Of a DNA stretch of 64,000 nucleotides, positions 9,877 to 20,706 are shown piece by piece. Numbering within the stretch: the stretch's first letter is position 1; each line of letters starts with the position of its first letter. Under the pieces are notes generated by a model. It did not search any database. It was not told the DNA's origin and saw only the letters and a program-made list of their open reading frames with translations. The DNA is from Verrucomicrobiota bacterium (GTDB lineage: Bacteria > Verrucomicrobiota > Verrucomicrobiia > Opitutales > Seribacteraceae), in the NCBI GenBank assembly GCA_027622665.1, contig JAQBYT010000014.1:26932-90931 (forward strand), given 5' to 3'. The position numbers and the translations under genes are program-made.

Positions 9877-12552
9877 TCAAGTCTTGGATGAAGTTTGCCA
9901 GTCGTACTTTGGAGTGAATTCCCGTTCCTCGACATGCTTGCGGTCACCTTTGTGCCACCAGTAGAAAATGGGGCTGGCGATGAAAATTGAAGAGAAAGTT
10001 CCCGTTAAAATGCCGATCACGAAAACGAAGGCAAAGTCGTGGATGACCCCCGCGCCGAAAATCCATAGCGATAATGCGGCCATAAGGGTTGTGGCGCTAG
10101 TAATGATTGTGCGAGAGAGCACTCGATTGATTGCAATCAGAATGACCTTTCTCAGGTTCGTCACGGGATTCATTAGCAACTCCTCTCGAATCCGATCGAA
10201 CACGACTATGGTGTCGTTGATGGAGTAACCCACGATCATCAGGATGGAAGCGAGCATTGGTGCGGTAAACTGGCCCGAGCAAAGGCTGCCATCAGAAAGA
10301 TAACCCATCAGGACAAATATCCCGACCGTCATCAATACATCGTGAACCGTTGCGATAACTGCACCTACGGCGTAACCGACTTCGAAACGAAACGCTACGT
10401 ATAGGAGTATCCCGAGTAGTGCGACCAATACCGATACGATGGCGTCATGTTGTATTTGCTCACTCACCGATCCTCCAATTGTATTTGAACCGACTTCCAC
10501 TAAGTTGGCTTGAGGATGGGCCTCATTCAGGGCAAGAAGTACGTTGCTTGCATTTGCTTCAGTTTGGAGAACCAGATATTCTCCCTTTTCCCCGGAACCG
10601 ATTTCGGAGCGGTACACATGCTGCACTTCACCAAGCTTTGAATCTTTAACGACTTTTTCTAGGTCTGCGGCATCTATGCGCTGGTCGAAAGAGGCAATCA
10701 GCTCTTCTCCACCCTGGAAATCAATTCCCAAAATGTGATCCTTTTGCTCGTAAACTGCAAATATGCCGATAGCTACAATTATCCAAGAGATGGCAAAAGC
10801 CAATCGACGGTGCTTGTGAAAATCGATTTGTCGTCGGGGTTGACCTTTGTCGATTGTCTTGAGGCTGATGAGGTTTTTCACACCGTAGTGAAGGAGCATT
10901 TCCATAAGGAATCTGCTAACAACGAGGGCACAAAATATCGAGACCAGTATACCGATGGCAAGTGTGACTCCGAATCCTTTCACGGGTCCTGTGCCCAACC
11001 ATATGAGAATGGATGCGGTTATTAGTGTCGTGAGGTTTGCGTCGATAATGGTCGAAAAAGCTTTTTCGTAGCCACCTGCCAAGGCAGCCTCCGGACTCTT
11101 TCCGGCACGCAGTTCCTCTCGTATTCGCTCGAAAATCAAGATGTTTGCGTCTACTGCCATACCTATGGTTAGCACTAAAGCAGCTATGCCCGGCAGGGTG
11201 AAGGTAGCTTGAAAGAGACCTGCGAGCGCCGCCACCACAAAAAGAACGTTTGTGCCAACGGAAATTACGGCAATTACTCCTCCGCCTTTGTACCATGTAA
11301 TCATAAAGGCGATGACCAGAATTGCTCCAAGCAGGCATGCCTTCGTACTGCTTTCCATCGCGTCTTCCGCCAGGGTGGGGGAGACCTCGTACTTCTCTCC
11401 TATGGCTAAAGAAACCTTCAGCGGATTGTTCAAAATATCTGACAGCATCTTGGATTCTCTGCGGGTGAAGGAACCCTCGATTACCGCACTCCCTCCATCA
11501 ATTCGCTTTTTGACAGTTGGCGCGCTTTCGAGCACTCCGTCGAGCACTACCGCTAACCTCCCGATTGAGCCGGCTGCGTTGGAATTAGCTATTTCTCCAG
11601 TAAGTTTACCGAAATCCCGCCCACCCTCAGAGGTGAAGTCCAAAGCCACGTACCAACCGCCCGATTGATCTTGGCGGGGTGCAGCTTTGTCCAATATGTC
11701 TCCGTCGGCTTGCGGGTAGCGAGTCACCCATGCAACTTCCTCGACCCGAGCGTTGTTGCGCAACGCAACGAACGGTGTTCCGTCATCGTTTACCCACTCG
11801 TCACCCTCGAGGGGATTTACCGGGGCTTGTGGATCGATGCTCACCATATGGAAGGCCAGTCGCGCAGGGCGTTGTAGCTCTTCGATCATCTCAGGGTTTT
11901 CCTTTGTCGTGAGATCAGGTATTTGCACCTCTATTGTGCTGTCGCCCTTCTTCCGAACAATTGTCTCTGCTACGCCAAAGGCGTTTAGGCGTTCACTCAT
12001 AATCTCGACCACCTTGTCCATGGCGGAAGAATCCGAGTTTCCGTTCGCTAGAGTGGCATTGTCTTCTGCTGCGGAAGGCTGGATTTCTAGAGTGAAAGCC
12101 ACTCCTCCTCTAAGATCCAATCCCTTCCTTATGGATGCTTGGGAATTCCGAAGGAGTGCGCGAAGAACAATGTCGTTACGCTTTTCACGATCTTTTTCAA
12201 AGGAGGCGCGGATTCCCGGTTTAACGGCAAATGGAAGCAAACGGGAAGCCACTGTCCCGAGAACGCCTGTGGGTGGCTTGTAGTACTCTGCATAGTCCAG
12301 ACGGTTTTGCGTGCCGAAGTCTTTAAGGCTCTTGAAATCAACCTTTTCTGCTTCGCCGAGACCTTCTTTGACCTCGTCCAGAACTTTTTCGAATGTCAGG
12401 TAGTTCGGATAAAGCGTGGCGTTGGCGTCGCTAGTAGATTGAGATAGGGCATATTCACCCAAGTCCTGATCATCGAACGGAGTGATTAGGGCAAAGCTGA
12501 CTAAGACGAGAAACATAGTCGGCAAGAATTTCCACAACACGTTTTTGGGCAT
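9877..12552 (-). CDS. secDF: Fused protein translocase subunit SecDF
   Basis: GLDLRGG, GMAVDANILIFERIREE (SecD) followed by GIDFQGG, GYSINDTIVVFDRIRE (SecF) in one ORF. Confidence 0.96.
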   Translation of the reverse strand: MPKNVLWKFLPTMFLVLVSFALITPFDDQDLGEYALSQSTSDANATLYPNYLTFEKVLDEVKEGLGEAEKVDFKSLKDFGTQNRLDYAEYYKPPTGVLGTVASRLLPFAVKPGIRASFEKDREKRNDIVLRALLRNSQASIRKGLDLRGGVAFTLEIQPSAAEDNATLANGNSDSSAMDKVVEIMSERLNAFGVAETIVRKKGDSTIEVQIPDLTTKENPEMIEELQRPARLAFHMVSIDPQAPVNPLEGDEWVNDDGTPFVALRNNARVEEVAWVTRYPQADGDILDKAAPRQDQSGGWYVALDFTSEGGRDFGKLTGEIANSNAAGSIGRLAVVLDGVLESAPTVKKRIDGGSAVIEGSFTRRESKMLSDILNNPLKVSLAIGEKYEVSPTLAEDAMESSTKACLLGAILVIAFMITWYKGGGVIAVISVGTNVLFVVAALAGLFQATFTLPGIAALVLTIGMAVDANILIFERIREELRAGKSPEAALAGGYEKAFSTIIDANLTTLITASILIWLGTGPVKGFGVTLAIGILVSIFCALVVSRFLMEMLLHYGVKNLISLKTIDKGQPRRQIDFHKHRRLAFAISWIIVAIGIFAVYEQKDHILGIDFQGGEELIASFDQRIDAADLEKVVKDSKLGEVQHVYRSEIGSGEKGEYLVLQTEANASNVLLALNEAHPQANLVEVGSNTIGGSVSEQIQHDAIVSVLVALLGILLYVAFRFEVGYAVGAVIATVHDVLMTVGIFVLMGYLSDGSLCSGQFTAPMLASILMIVGYSINDTIVVFDRIREELLMNPVTNLRKVILIAINRVLSRTIITSATTLMAALSLWIFGAGVIHDFAFVFVIGILTGTFSSIFIASPIFYWWHKGDRKHVEEREFTPKYDWQTSSKT

Positions 12553-12632
12553 GACTTATTTTAATTTGAAAGGAAACATTGTTGCCTGCGAATGAAAGAG
12601 GCGGGTAATTAAGTGGGGTGGGTTTGTTGGTG

Positions 12633-12959
12633 CTAATCAATTTTCGCAGCGATGGCTTCTTTGGCTACCTCTATCTTCACATTCTCGCCGATGCGTAAAA
12701 CAAAACGATCGTCCTTCACTCCGGTTACCGTACCGAAAATGCCGCCAAGAGTTTTTACCTGAGCTCCCTTTTCGAGAGACTGTACCATCTTGTCGTGCTG
12801 TTTCTGTTTCTTTCTCTGAGGCGCGATCAGTAAAAAGTAGAAGGCAACGAGAATAAGAATCATGGGAAGAAAAGACATAATGCCTCCGCCCCCCTGTTGG
12901 TCGCCTCCGGGAGCCATTGCTAACCACACTTGGTGTTCGATCAATTTATCACACATCAT
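12633..12959 (-). CDS. yajC: Preprotein translocase subunit YajC
   Basis: FYFLLIAPQRKKQK, TLGGIFGTV; directly upstream of secDF. Confidence 0.93.
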   Translation of the reverse strand: MMCDKLIEHQVWLAMAPGGDQQGGGGIMSFLPMILILVAFYFLLIAPQRKKQKQHDKMVQSLEKGAQVKTLGGIFGTVTGVKDDRFVLRIGENVKIEVAKEAIAAKID

Positions 12960-13048
12960 AATTTTCTGAAAAAGGTAAATATGTTACCTACTCTGCCTGC
13001 CTTGGCAAGCCTATGATGGCTAGATTTACAAATGTCGTCTTAAGCAAT

Positions 13049-14374
13049 TCAAGAAGATCCCGTTGAGGTTTTGTGCTCCGGGAAAAACTCTTTTGGCAAA
13101 CCTCTTATGTGAATGTCCTGTTGGGGGAAGGGTATTTCAATTCCTCCATCCTTAAAGCGATCCCATACGGCTAAAAGTAATTCGCTACGCACGTTGCCAA
13201 CGCCGTTGGATGGGTCTTCTATCCAAAAACGTAATTCAAGATCTACCGAGTTGTCCCCAAAACCCGTAACAAGGCAGCGTGGTTCATGACTATTTATAAT
13301 TCGAGGTATTGATCTTGCGGCGTCTAAGCATAAATCAATGGCTTGCCTAGGGTCTGAGTCGTAAGAAATGCCAATGGGTACTCTGACTCGGACGTTCTTG
13401 TCGCTGAATGACCAGTTGATAACCTTGTTAGTGATTAAGTTCTCGTTTGGGATTAGGTGTTCCTTGCCGTCACGGGTAATTACTGATGCGTATCGAGCTC
13501 GTAGTGAATTTATCCATCCGTAGGTACCGTCGATCTCGATGACGTCGCCCGGTTTTATCGAGCGGTCCAGCAGCAATATGAGTCCGCTGACCAAGTTTGA
13601 AACCACCTTTTGTAGGCCAAAACCTATGCCTACGCCGACCGCACCGCCAAGTAATGCAAAAGAGGATAAATCCAGTCCAACGGTGGACAGGGCTACGGCA
13701 AAGGAGAAAAAGACAAGACCTATCCGCATGATCTTGCCCAGTAGAACCTGGAGGGATGGCGGAAGGTGAGGGAGTTGACGTATGCGGGTTTCACCTGCTG
13801 TTGCGAGCATTGAAGTGCCCCATAGTAAGCCCAGTAAAATGCATATGCCGTTGAGTAAGTCTAAGACTGAAATTTCGGTGCTTCCGATGCTGAAACCCAA
13901 TTTCCTCAGCAAGTCTACCGTTGCTCCCAAAAGTCCGAAACTGTGTAGGGCGGCAACTCCGAAAGCCACTACGGCTACCAATCGCAGCCACGCCCGGCTT
14001 CTTATGAAACCTGATACTAGCCGAAAAATCCCCCAAGCGCCGGCGACGCTAGTGAATGGTCGAATAAGGTCACGAGTGGGCATGTGGTATTCGTAAAAAA
14101 CGATTACCGTCAGCAAGCAAAGAGACAAAAGGAATAGCGGGGCAACCATTCGCTCAAGTGCCGCCCAGATCTTCCGCAGCAAAGGAGGGGAATCAGGATT
14201 CTCCGCTAGGGGATGAATACGCCATTTTGTTAGGCGAGTGGCAATGAAGGTAACGCAGACCAACCCTGCCATCAACAGCAGTTGCAACCTAACGGAAGGA
14301 TCATCCAGAAAGGATTGAGCGGTTTCCCAATCCAGGCTTATGGCAAGTGAATCGATTAAGCCCCCGGAGTACAT
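13049..14374 (-). CDS. Mechanosensitive ion channel (MscS family)
   Basis: GVGIGFGLQKVVSNLVSG, IKPGDVI, IPN, GISYDSD, IEIPFPQQD. Confidence 0.93.
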   Translation of the reverse strand: MYSGGLIDSLAISLDWETAQSFLDDPSVRLQLLLMAGLVCVTFIATRLTKWRIHPLAENPDSPPLLRKIWAALERMVAPLFLLSLCLLTVIVFYEYHMPTRDLIRPFTSVAGAWGIFRLVSGFIRSRAWLRLVAVVAFGVAALHSFGLLGATVDLLRKLGFSIGSTEISVLDLLNGICILLGLLWGTSMLATAGETRIRQLPHLPPSLQVLLGKIMRIGLVFFSFAVALSTVGLDLSSFALLGGAVGVGIGFGLQKVVSNLVSGLILLLDRSIKPGDVIEIDGTYGWINSLRARYASVITRDGKEHLIPNENLITNKVINWSFSDKNVRVRVPIGISYDSDPRQAIDLCLDAARSIPRIINSHEPRCLVTGFGDNSVDLELRFWIEDPSNGVGNVRSELLLAVWDRFKDGGIEIPFPQQDIHIRGLPKEFFPEHKTSTGSS

Positions 14375-14411
14375 TTTTTATCTATAAGTGAATGAGTCGA
14401 TGGAAGTGAAA

Positions 14412-15032
14412 TTATCCTACTAAGTACGGCCATGTGATCAACAATTGTAATAAACCGATGAAGAAACCAAGCACTCCTCCTACAATCTCAATAAATCGAA
14501 ATTCTTTTTTCATGATGGAGAAGAGCATATCCTCCAATTTGTCGCAGGAAAAGCTTTCCACTTTTTCACGCACCGTAGCCTTTACGTCGATTTCGGTTTC
14601 AAGTTTTTTTGCGATCTCATCTGATGCTTCGGTTAGCAAATCTTTCAGTTCGGAAAGAAACAGACCGCTCACCTTGGTGATCATCTCATCATTCAGGAAC
14701 ATCGAGAGCATGGGAAATGTCGTTAACAGCTTTTCGCTGATTGTTTTTTCGATGCGTCTAGCCGCGATGCTCGCTATCTCGTCGCTTTCCGCGACTTCGC
14801 GGAGTTTGCTTGTTACATCTGACATGGAAAATAGTTGTTCCGAGACGATTTCACCAAGTTTTTCGGCAAGCGCGGTCTGTCGTTTTGGGAACACTCCCTG
14901 AATTCGAAGCAGACCTAAGGCATTTATTTCTTTTCGAGGATGGAAGAGCATCTTGACCGCGAGAAAGTTGGTCAACCAGCCTATGCCGCCGGCTATAATC
15001 GGAAGTATAAATATCAGTTCTTTTGGTGGCAT
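14412..15032 (-). CDS. DUF445-family membrane protein
   Basis: IGWLTNFLAVKMLFHP, QGVFPKR, EFRFIEIVGGVLGFFIG. Confidence 0.88.
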   Translation of the reverse strand: MPPKELIFILPIIAGGIGWLTNFLAVKMLFHPRKEINALGLLRIQGVFPKRQTALAEKLGEIVSEQLFSMSDVTSKLREVAESDEIASIAARRIEKTISEKLLTTFPMLSMFLNDEMITKVSGLFLSELKDLLTEASDEIAKKLETEIDVKATVREKVESFSCDKLEDMLFSIMKKEFRFIEIVGGVLGFFIGLLQLLITWPYLVG

Positions 15033-15109
15033 ATGGATGAATTTAAGGCTTTTCCAGTTTTAAAAAAAGGTAATCTTGTGTTAGTAAAGTAGTCGTGGGC
15101 AAGGATGTT

Positions 15110-15300
15110 TTGAGATTTCTTCTCATTCTATTATTCTTATTTTCAGTATCTTGTGCAACATTCGTGATCAAGACAGTGAAGCTCGCCGTTGATCTGACGC
15201 TTAAACCCGCAAAAATGCAACTGTTGACGTGATGGAGAAACCCGTTCGCAAAGTTGTCGAAATCTCTAAACTGAAAAATCCACTAAAGGCGTTTTGCTAA
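15110..15300 (+). CDS. Small putative lipoprotein, apparently split by a one-base deletion in the A5 run at 15211-15215
   Basis: AAGGA then TTG: MRFLLILLFLFSVS-C-ATFVIKTVKLAVDLTLKPAK, stop at 15230-15232. One extra A extends the frame (NATVDVMEKPVRKVVEISKLKNPLKAFC) to TAA 15298-15300, just before the terminator. Not in the ORF track. Confidence 0.55.
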
Positions 15301-15319
15301 CTCTTTATTCGTACTGCAT

Positions 15320-15347
15320 AAAAAAAGGCCGCATGGGCGGCCTTTTT
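15320..15347. terminator. Bidirectional intrinsic terminator
   Basis: AAAAAAA-GGCCGC-ATGG-GCGGCC-TTTTT between the convergent small lipoprotein gene and msrB. Confidence 0.88.
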
Positions 15348-15370
15348 GATGTTTCAAGGCTGGGTATTCG

Positions 15371-15778
15371 TTAGGTTATTGGTGTTGTAGCTTCCAATTT
15401 CAGTGAAGCAGAATTGATACAGTAACGAAGACCTGTCGGAGGAGGACCGTCCGGGAATATGTGACCGATGTGCGATCCGCAGTTGGTGCAAGTCGCCTCT
15501 TCTCGGATCATGCCGTTACTGGTGTCCGTTCGCTTAGTTACAGTTTCGGAATCTATTGCCTCCCGGAAACTTGGCCATCCCGAACCTGAATCGTACTTTG
15601 CCGTTGAACTGAACAGCGAAACTCCGCAAGCAACGCAGCTGTATGTCCCCTCAACCTTACAGTCCCAGTACTTACCCGTGAAAGGTCTTTCAGTCCCACC
15701 TCCGCAACAGACAAACCGCTGTTCCTCTGTGAGGTGAGAAATGTCGCAACTTAAATTTTTCCCAGGAGAAGAACTCAT
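15371..15778 (-). CDS. msrB: Peptide-methionine (R)-S-oxide reductase (start ATG 15778)
   Basis: [43 protein letters not shown]. Confidence 0.96.
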   Translation of the reverse strand: MSSSPGKNLSCDISHLTEEQRFVCCGGGTERPFTGKYWDCKVEGTYSCVACGVSLFSSTAKYDSGSGWPSFREAIDSETVTKRTDTSNGMIREEATCTNCGSHIGHIFPDGPPPTGLRYCINSASLKLEATTPIT

Positions 15779-15788
15779 CAGAATGGCC

Positions 15789-17006
15789 CTATTTTCTTGG
15801 CCTTGCTCCAAAACCTCCACTGTTCCCGAATCCACGATTACGTTTGCGCGAAGCCGGGATCGAAGAAGGTAGCATCTCTGAAGGGGACTCGCGGTAAGGG
15901 AATCCTTCGAGTTCCTCTCTCGGCAACGAGTTCCCTAGCAATTTTTCGATGGCATCAACTCTAGGCAAGTCATCAGGAGAAAATAACGTAAATGCCTCTC
16001 CTTCAGTTTTTGCTCGTCCGGTTCTGCCGATTCGATGGATATAGTCTTCCGAATGCTGAGGTACATCATAATTAATCACATGCGTTACGTTGGAAATGTC
16101 AAGTCCTCTGGAAGCAACGTCAGTGGCTGATAAAATTTTGACCTTCCCCGTCTTAAAGTCCTGAAGGGCTTTCGTCCTTTCGGATTGTCGCATGTCGGAA
16201 TGTAGTACACTCACTTCTCTACCATGCTCCTGCAGCCACCTGCTTATCCTGTCGGTTCCTCTCCTTGTTTGAAAAAAGATGATCAAACTGTCGAACTTTA
16301 TAGTTTTTAGAAGAGCTACCAACAAATCGAATTTCTGGATGGCGGGTACAGGAAAGAGTGCATGTCTTACCGTTTCGGCCGCAGAAATGTTGATGTCAAT
16401 TTTGATTACTGCAGGGTCCTTAAGAGCCCAGTCAGCTAATCTCCGAACTGAATCTGGTATTGTTGCCGAAAATAGTAGGGTTTGCCTAGTCCGAGGGGTC
16501 TTTTGTATAATCTTAGTTACATCTTCGATAAAGCCCATGTCCAGCATGCGGTCGACTTCGTCGAGAATCAATATTTCTATGTTCTTTAGGTTCAAGTTGC
16601 CCTGACCAATATGATCGATAAGGCGACCTGGGGTCGCCACCACGATATCGGGACCTGCTTCAAGTTGTTCGAGTTGTTTGCCATATTTCACGCCACCGTA
16701 CAGCAACGCCATATTTAAACCCAAGTTCTTCCCGTAGTCCCTAAAGTTTTCTTCAATTTGAATGGCAAGTTCTCTAGTTGGCGCCAAAGCCAATACACGA
16801 CAAGCGCCGTGCTTACCCAATCGATGCAAGGTCGGCAATGCAAAGGCAGCTGTTTTACCAGTTCCGGTCTGTGCGGAACCCACCAAATCACGACCCTCTA
16901 AAATAATTGGAATTGCGTCCAATTGAATAGGGGTAGGTTCTTCATAACCTCGCTCGGCAACTGTTTGAACAATCTTATCGCTGAGACCAAGTGTGGCAAA
17001 ATTCAT
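15789..17006 (-). CDS. DEAD/DEAH-box RNA helicase (RhlE-like, DEVD motif)
   Basis: [42 protein letters not shown]. Confidence 0.95.
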   Translation of the reverse strand: MNFATLGLSDKIVQTVAERGYEEPTPIQLDAIPIILEGRDLVGSAQTGTGKTAAFALPTLHRLGKHGACRVLALAPTRELAIQIEENFRDYGKNLGLNMALLYGGVKYGKQLEQLEAGPDIVVATPGRLIDHIGQGNLNLKNIEILILDEVDRMLDMGFIEDVTKIIQKTPRTRQTLLFSATIPDSVRRLADWALKDPAVIKIDINISAAETVRHALFPVPAIQKFDLLVALLKTIKFDSLIIFFQTRRGTDRISRWLQEHGREVSVLHSDMRQSERTKALQDFKTGKVKILSATDVASRGLDISNVTHVINYDVPQHSEDYIHRIGRTGRAKTEGEAFTLFSPDDLPRVDAIEKLLGNSLPREELEGFPYRESPSEMLPSSIPASRKRNRGFGNSGGFGARPRK

Positions 17007-17066
17007 ATTTTTGTCTTTGTAATGAGGCAGGGTAGGTTATTTATCAAATAACTCGGAAGACCCAAA

Positions 17067-17888
17067 ATGGAAGTAACCCTTAAGCACAAGCATAATCCTA
17101 AATATCGAGGACGAATCGCTCCCACACCGTCAGGCTATCTCCACGAAGGTCATGCTCGAACCTTTCGTGTCGCATGGCAACGGGCACGAGATGCAGGAGG
17201 TGCGTTAATCTTTCGAAACGACGACCTTGATGCCGATCGATGTCGACCTGAATTCGCAAGGGCTGCGATCGAGGATCTCAGGAGTTTGGGATTGGATTGG
17301 GATGAAGGTCCTGATGTCGGTGGAACTTATGGTCCGTACAGCCAAAGTGAAAGGGATGAACATTACCTCGACGCATGGCAAACATTAAGAGATTCAGGTA
17401 TGATTTATCCATGCAGAAGTTCGCGAAGTGAGATAAAAGCCTTCAATCAAAAGTCAATGGATGGAGAAGAATTTCTTTTTCCACCTCAGCTACAACCCCA
17501 AGAAACCGAATTACCACTACCCAAAGCACCAGGTAAAGTAAATTGGAGGTTTCGTACGACTCCATCGGAAGAAATTTCATTTATGGATAGAAATTTAGGC
17601 GTACAAATACTTAAAGTAGGAGAAGATTTATCCGATTTTATAATTTGGCGAAAGAATGGACGACCATCGTACGAATTGGCTACGGTAGTCGATGAAATAA
17701 CTATGTGCATCACTGAAATTGTTCGTGGCTCTGACTTACTTAAGTCATCAGCGAGGCAGACTCTTGTTTTTTCGGCTTTAGAGGCAACTCCGCCAGAATT
17801 TTATCACTGTGAAATAATGATGGACGAGAATGGTCGAAAACTGTCTAAGTCTGATAGAACTCTACCTCGACTCTCTCTTTCTTTTTGA
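17067..17888 (+). CDS. gluQ: tRNA glutamyl-Q(34) synthetase GluQRS
   Basis: GRIAPTPSGYLHEGH (HIGH-like), VRGSDLL, KLSKS; no anticodon-binding domain. Confidence 0.85.
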   Translation: MEVTLKHKHNPKYRGRIAPTPSGYLHEGHARTFRVAWQRARDAGGALIFRNDDLDADRCRPEFARAAIEDLRSLGLDWDEGPDVGGTYGPYSQSERDEHYLDAWQTLRDSGMIYPCRSSRSEIKAFNQKSMDGEEFLFPPQLQPQETELPLPKAPGKVNWRFRTTPSEEISFMDRNLGVQILKVGEDLSDFIIWRKNGRPSYELATVVDEITMCITEIVRGSDLLKSSARQTLVFSALEATPPEFYHCEIMMDENGRKLSKSDRTLPRLSLSF

Positions 17889-18722
17889 GTATTCTTTAGC
17901 TTTCACAACTGATAGGAATTCATACTGTCCGTGGAGACGAGCAAAGACATAACCCGGCCATCCGTCTAAAAAACCTTTTTGCCAGATGTATACGTAAAGA
18001 AAGCGTAATGTCGGACGAAAAGGTAGCATCCTGAAAATCCTTCGTAAGCGCCTTTTGACCTTCACCTGGTCGTTCTGGAGTGAATGCGGATCGTCCTTAC
18101 ATGTGCTCTCGACCACTGCTTCCCAATTGGAATAGCGATTATGCTTTTCCACAAAGCTCTCAATGGTAGGAAACGCGTGATGGTCCATGATGGTTCGAAG
18201 TCTTCCCGTTGTTCCTTTCACCACAATATGCTCGTGGATCTCATGATCCCCGCTGCCCGTTTCGGCCTCAGTGATTTTCTCGTATTTTCCCAACCGATGT
18301 TTGAACAAGCGTAGGTTCCAGTTCGGAAAGTACGCATGCCGCAGTGGACGTCCCATGAAGAAATAGCGTCGGTTAATCCAATAACCCGCATTGGTGACTT
18401 GTGGGTTTTGTACTATCTCACGAATTTCTTCTTCCGCTTCCGGAGGCAGGCATTCGTCCGCATCGAGAATGAGCACCCATTTGTTTTCGAAGGGAAGGTT
18501 TTCTATAGCCCAGTTCTTTTTTTTTGGCCACCCGCCTTTGTAGTGAAACTGAACGACTTTAGCTCCAAGATTTTCAGCAATCTCAACGGTACGATCCGTG
18601 CTTTGAGAATCGACCACGAAAGCTTCGTCGACCCATGGCACCGAGTTCAAGCATCGCTTAATGTTGCCCTCCTCGTTCTTGCAAGGAACAATTAATGAAA
18701 CCTGAACTGTAGAGGAATTCAC
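17862..18722 (-). CDS. Glycosyltransferase family 2 (KdtX/WaaE-like)
   Basis: IVPCKNEE, VVDSQSTD, KKNWA, LILDADE, IHEH, KHNRYS. Confidence 0.9.
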   Translation of the reverse strand: MNSSTVQVSLIVPCKNEEGNIKRCLNSVPWVDEAFVVDSQSTDRTVEIAENLGAKVVQFHYKGGWPKKKNWAIENLPFENKWVLILDADECLPPEAEEEIREIVQNPQVTNAGYWINRRYFFMGRPLRHAYFPNWNLRLFKHRLGKYEKITEAETGSGDHEIHEHIVVKGTTGRLRTIMDHHAFPTIESFVEKHNRYSNWEAVVESTCKDDPHSLQNDQVKVKRRLRRIFRMLPFRPTLRFLYVYIWQKGFLDGWPGYVFARLHGQYEFLSVVKAKEYSKRKRESR

Positions 18723-19570
18723 GATTCTAGGATTTTCCGAATTTTCGATTCAGCGAGAGGACCATTCGGATGCCATGCGAATAGGTTGTTTGTTTTAGTA
18801 CCAACGGATTCATTTCTTTCAGCATCCAAAATAGAGTAACCTAAATCTTTCAGGAAGTCTATTGCCTGTTCTTGCTTTGGAGGAAAGGACTCCATGATGA
18901 TAAGAGGTTTGTCGCTTTTTAGGGAACTTTTACCGCCGCGCAATACTTCGTTCTCGTGACCCTCGACGTCGATTTTGATTAAGTGAGGTTTTGTTTGCTC
19001 TGTTACAAATGAATCAAGAGTTTCACGTCGGACATCGATAGTTGTAGTTGCATGACCGAGATATTTTTCTACCCAAGGTGTATCTCCGTTCGATATCATC
19101 CCGGTCGCAGAGGTATACGAATCCTTTTGAAAGCATACTTGCCCTGCTTTATCGCTCAGGGCTACTCCCTCTATTCTTACATTTTTCAAGTCGGAGTTAG
19201 AGATAGTCATACGAAGGAGTTCAATGTTCTCGGGGTCGGGTTCAAAGGCGATGACGGAAGCGTCTGAGCTTGCCTCTGAAATCTGCCAGGCATATCTCCC
19301 GTGATTTGCTCCAACGTCATAGAAGTTGATAGCAGGTTCAATCTTCTTCAGTGCTCCGATGAGTAATCCGAATAAGTTCGTGATCTCCGGTTCTATCTTA
19401 CTCTTGTTCCATCGCACGGATGCATGGGTAACCGGTCGTATGGCGACAGGGAATCGATATCCAATGTTACATAACTTTGGTTTGTTGAAGCGGCTTTGCA
19501 AAAGTTTTGAAAATGCACGGGTTTTCCGCAAACAGTGCAAAGGAGAAGAAAAGAAAAGGGGGATGTCCAC
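18719..19570 (-). CDS. FkbM-family methyltransferase
   Basis: YDVGANHG, AFEP, IKIDVEGHE. Confidence 0.9.
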   Translation of the reverse strand: MDIPLFFSSPLHCLRKTRAFSKLLQSRFNKPKLCNIGYRFPVAIRPVTHASVRWNKSKIEPEITNLFGLLIGALKKIEPAINFYDVGANHGRYAWQISEASSDASVIAFEPDPENIELLRMTISNSDLKNVRIEGVALSDKAGQVCFQKDSYTSATGMISNGDTPWVEKYLGHATTTIDVRRETLDSFVTEQTKPHLIKIDVEGHENEVLRGGKSSLKSDKPLIIMESFPPKQEQAIDFLKDLGYSILDAERNESVGTKTNNLFAWHPNGPLAESKIRKILES

Positions 19571-20706
19571 TACTTTGATTCAACCAGCCTTTGGTATAAG
19601 TTTTCATAAGCTTGGGCGCATTCCCTTGCTTTGGGAATATGTGGCGGTGGTCCATTTGTCCTATCGGCATCCAAGACCTCTTTGATTTTTGCAACTATGT
19701 CTTTTGTGCTCATGGGATCGACGTAAGTGGCGGACGATCCCAGAATGTCATCCATTGCACCAGTTCTCGACGCTATAACGGAACACCCCAAGGATCTAGC
19801 CTCCAAGGGAGGCCAGCCAAATCCTTCTATTAGGGAAGGAAATATCAATGCATTGGCGTGTTCGTAGAGGGTTTGGAGTCCGGATTCGGATAAATCGGAA
19901 AGGACTATCAACTCATTGGGGTTATTTTTAAGCCACCTCTCTGTTTTCTCAGTCAGTTCTTCCGGTTGAGGCACCGGACCAACGAGAACGAGCTTAAGAT
20001 TATTGAAGTTCCCTCCTTCTTTTACATCAACAAAGGCTTTAAACAGTCTCTTCCTGTTTTTGTACCACGCTGAACTTCCAACATGCAAAAGGAAGCTAGT
20101 CCCCATCAGGTTGAATGGCAGTTCTCCGATGGAATTGTCGTCGACACGTTTCGATTGAACTCCGAGATGAATCACAGCCGAACGACCTTTTGAGGAGGGT
20201 GTGATTCGATTCAAATCCATTTCCGTCCGGGATGAATCGCAGCCATAGGCATCAGCATAGGAAAGTGAGCGATGAATCCAATTTTGCAACCGTTTACCAT
20301 TCGCAGATGTTTTGGGGGCTTTGGGGAATTCGTTCCGAGCGGTCCGTAGAGCGATCAAGTCATGGCAAGTCAACAGCTTTGGTATCGATGTGAGCCTTTT
20401 GATCTTCGGTAGGTAAACGGAATTGGAGTGATCGATAACGTGTGCAAGCTCGATTGGGTTTGACTTGCATTGTAAGCGACGGGTCAGGGATCGAGGAAAC
20501 AAAAGGTACTTGTCGAGGTAGCCTGCCCATTTTTTCCAATTGTCCGATGGGCAGAGCTTGCGGAGATGGGCTTTCGGGTGAATCTCCTCGAGGTTCACTC
20601 CATCTTCTGGAAGGTGGGATAGGAGCAAGTCTGCAAAACGGAGCATGCTTCGCTGCCGGTCTTCACGGTAGTTGGTAAGCAGAAGAACTCGAATGGCCTT
20701 AGCCAT
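19570..20706 (-). CDS. Glycosyltransferase family 4 (start ATG 20706)
   Basis: TCHDL, HVGS..YKN, FPSLIEGFGWPPLEA. Confidence 0.9.
   Translation of the reverse strand: MAKAIRVLLLTNYREDRQRSMLRFADLLLSHLPEDGVNLEEIHPKAHLRKLCPSDNWKKWAGYLDKYLLFPRSLTRRLQCKSNPIELAHVIDHSNSVYLPKIKRLTSIPKLLTCHDLIALRTARNEFPKAPKTSANGKRLQNWIHRSLSYADAYGCDSSRTEMDLNRITPSSKGRSAVIHLGVQSKRVDDNSIGELPFNLMGTSFLLHVGSSAWYKNRKRLFKAFVDVKEGGNFNNLKLVLVGPVPQPEELTEKTERWLKNNPNELIVLSDLSESGLQTLYEHANALIFPSLIEGFGWPPLEARSLGCSVIASRTGAMDDILGSSATYVDPMSTKDIVAKIKEVLDADRTNGPPPHIPKARECAQAYENLYQRLVESK

Noticed and set aside
15371..15778. Selenocysteine MsrB
   Set aside because: The catalytic residue is an ordinary Cys (RYCINS); no in-frame TGA.
16552..16563. 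DEVD instead of DEAD in the helicase
   Set aside because: Known tolerated DExD variant; all other motifs are intact.
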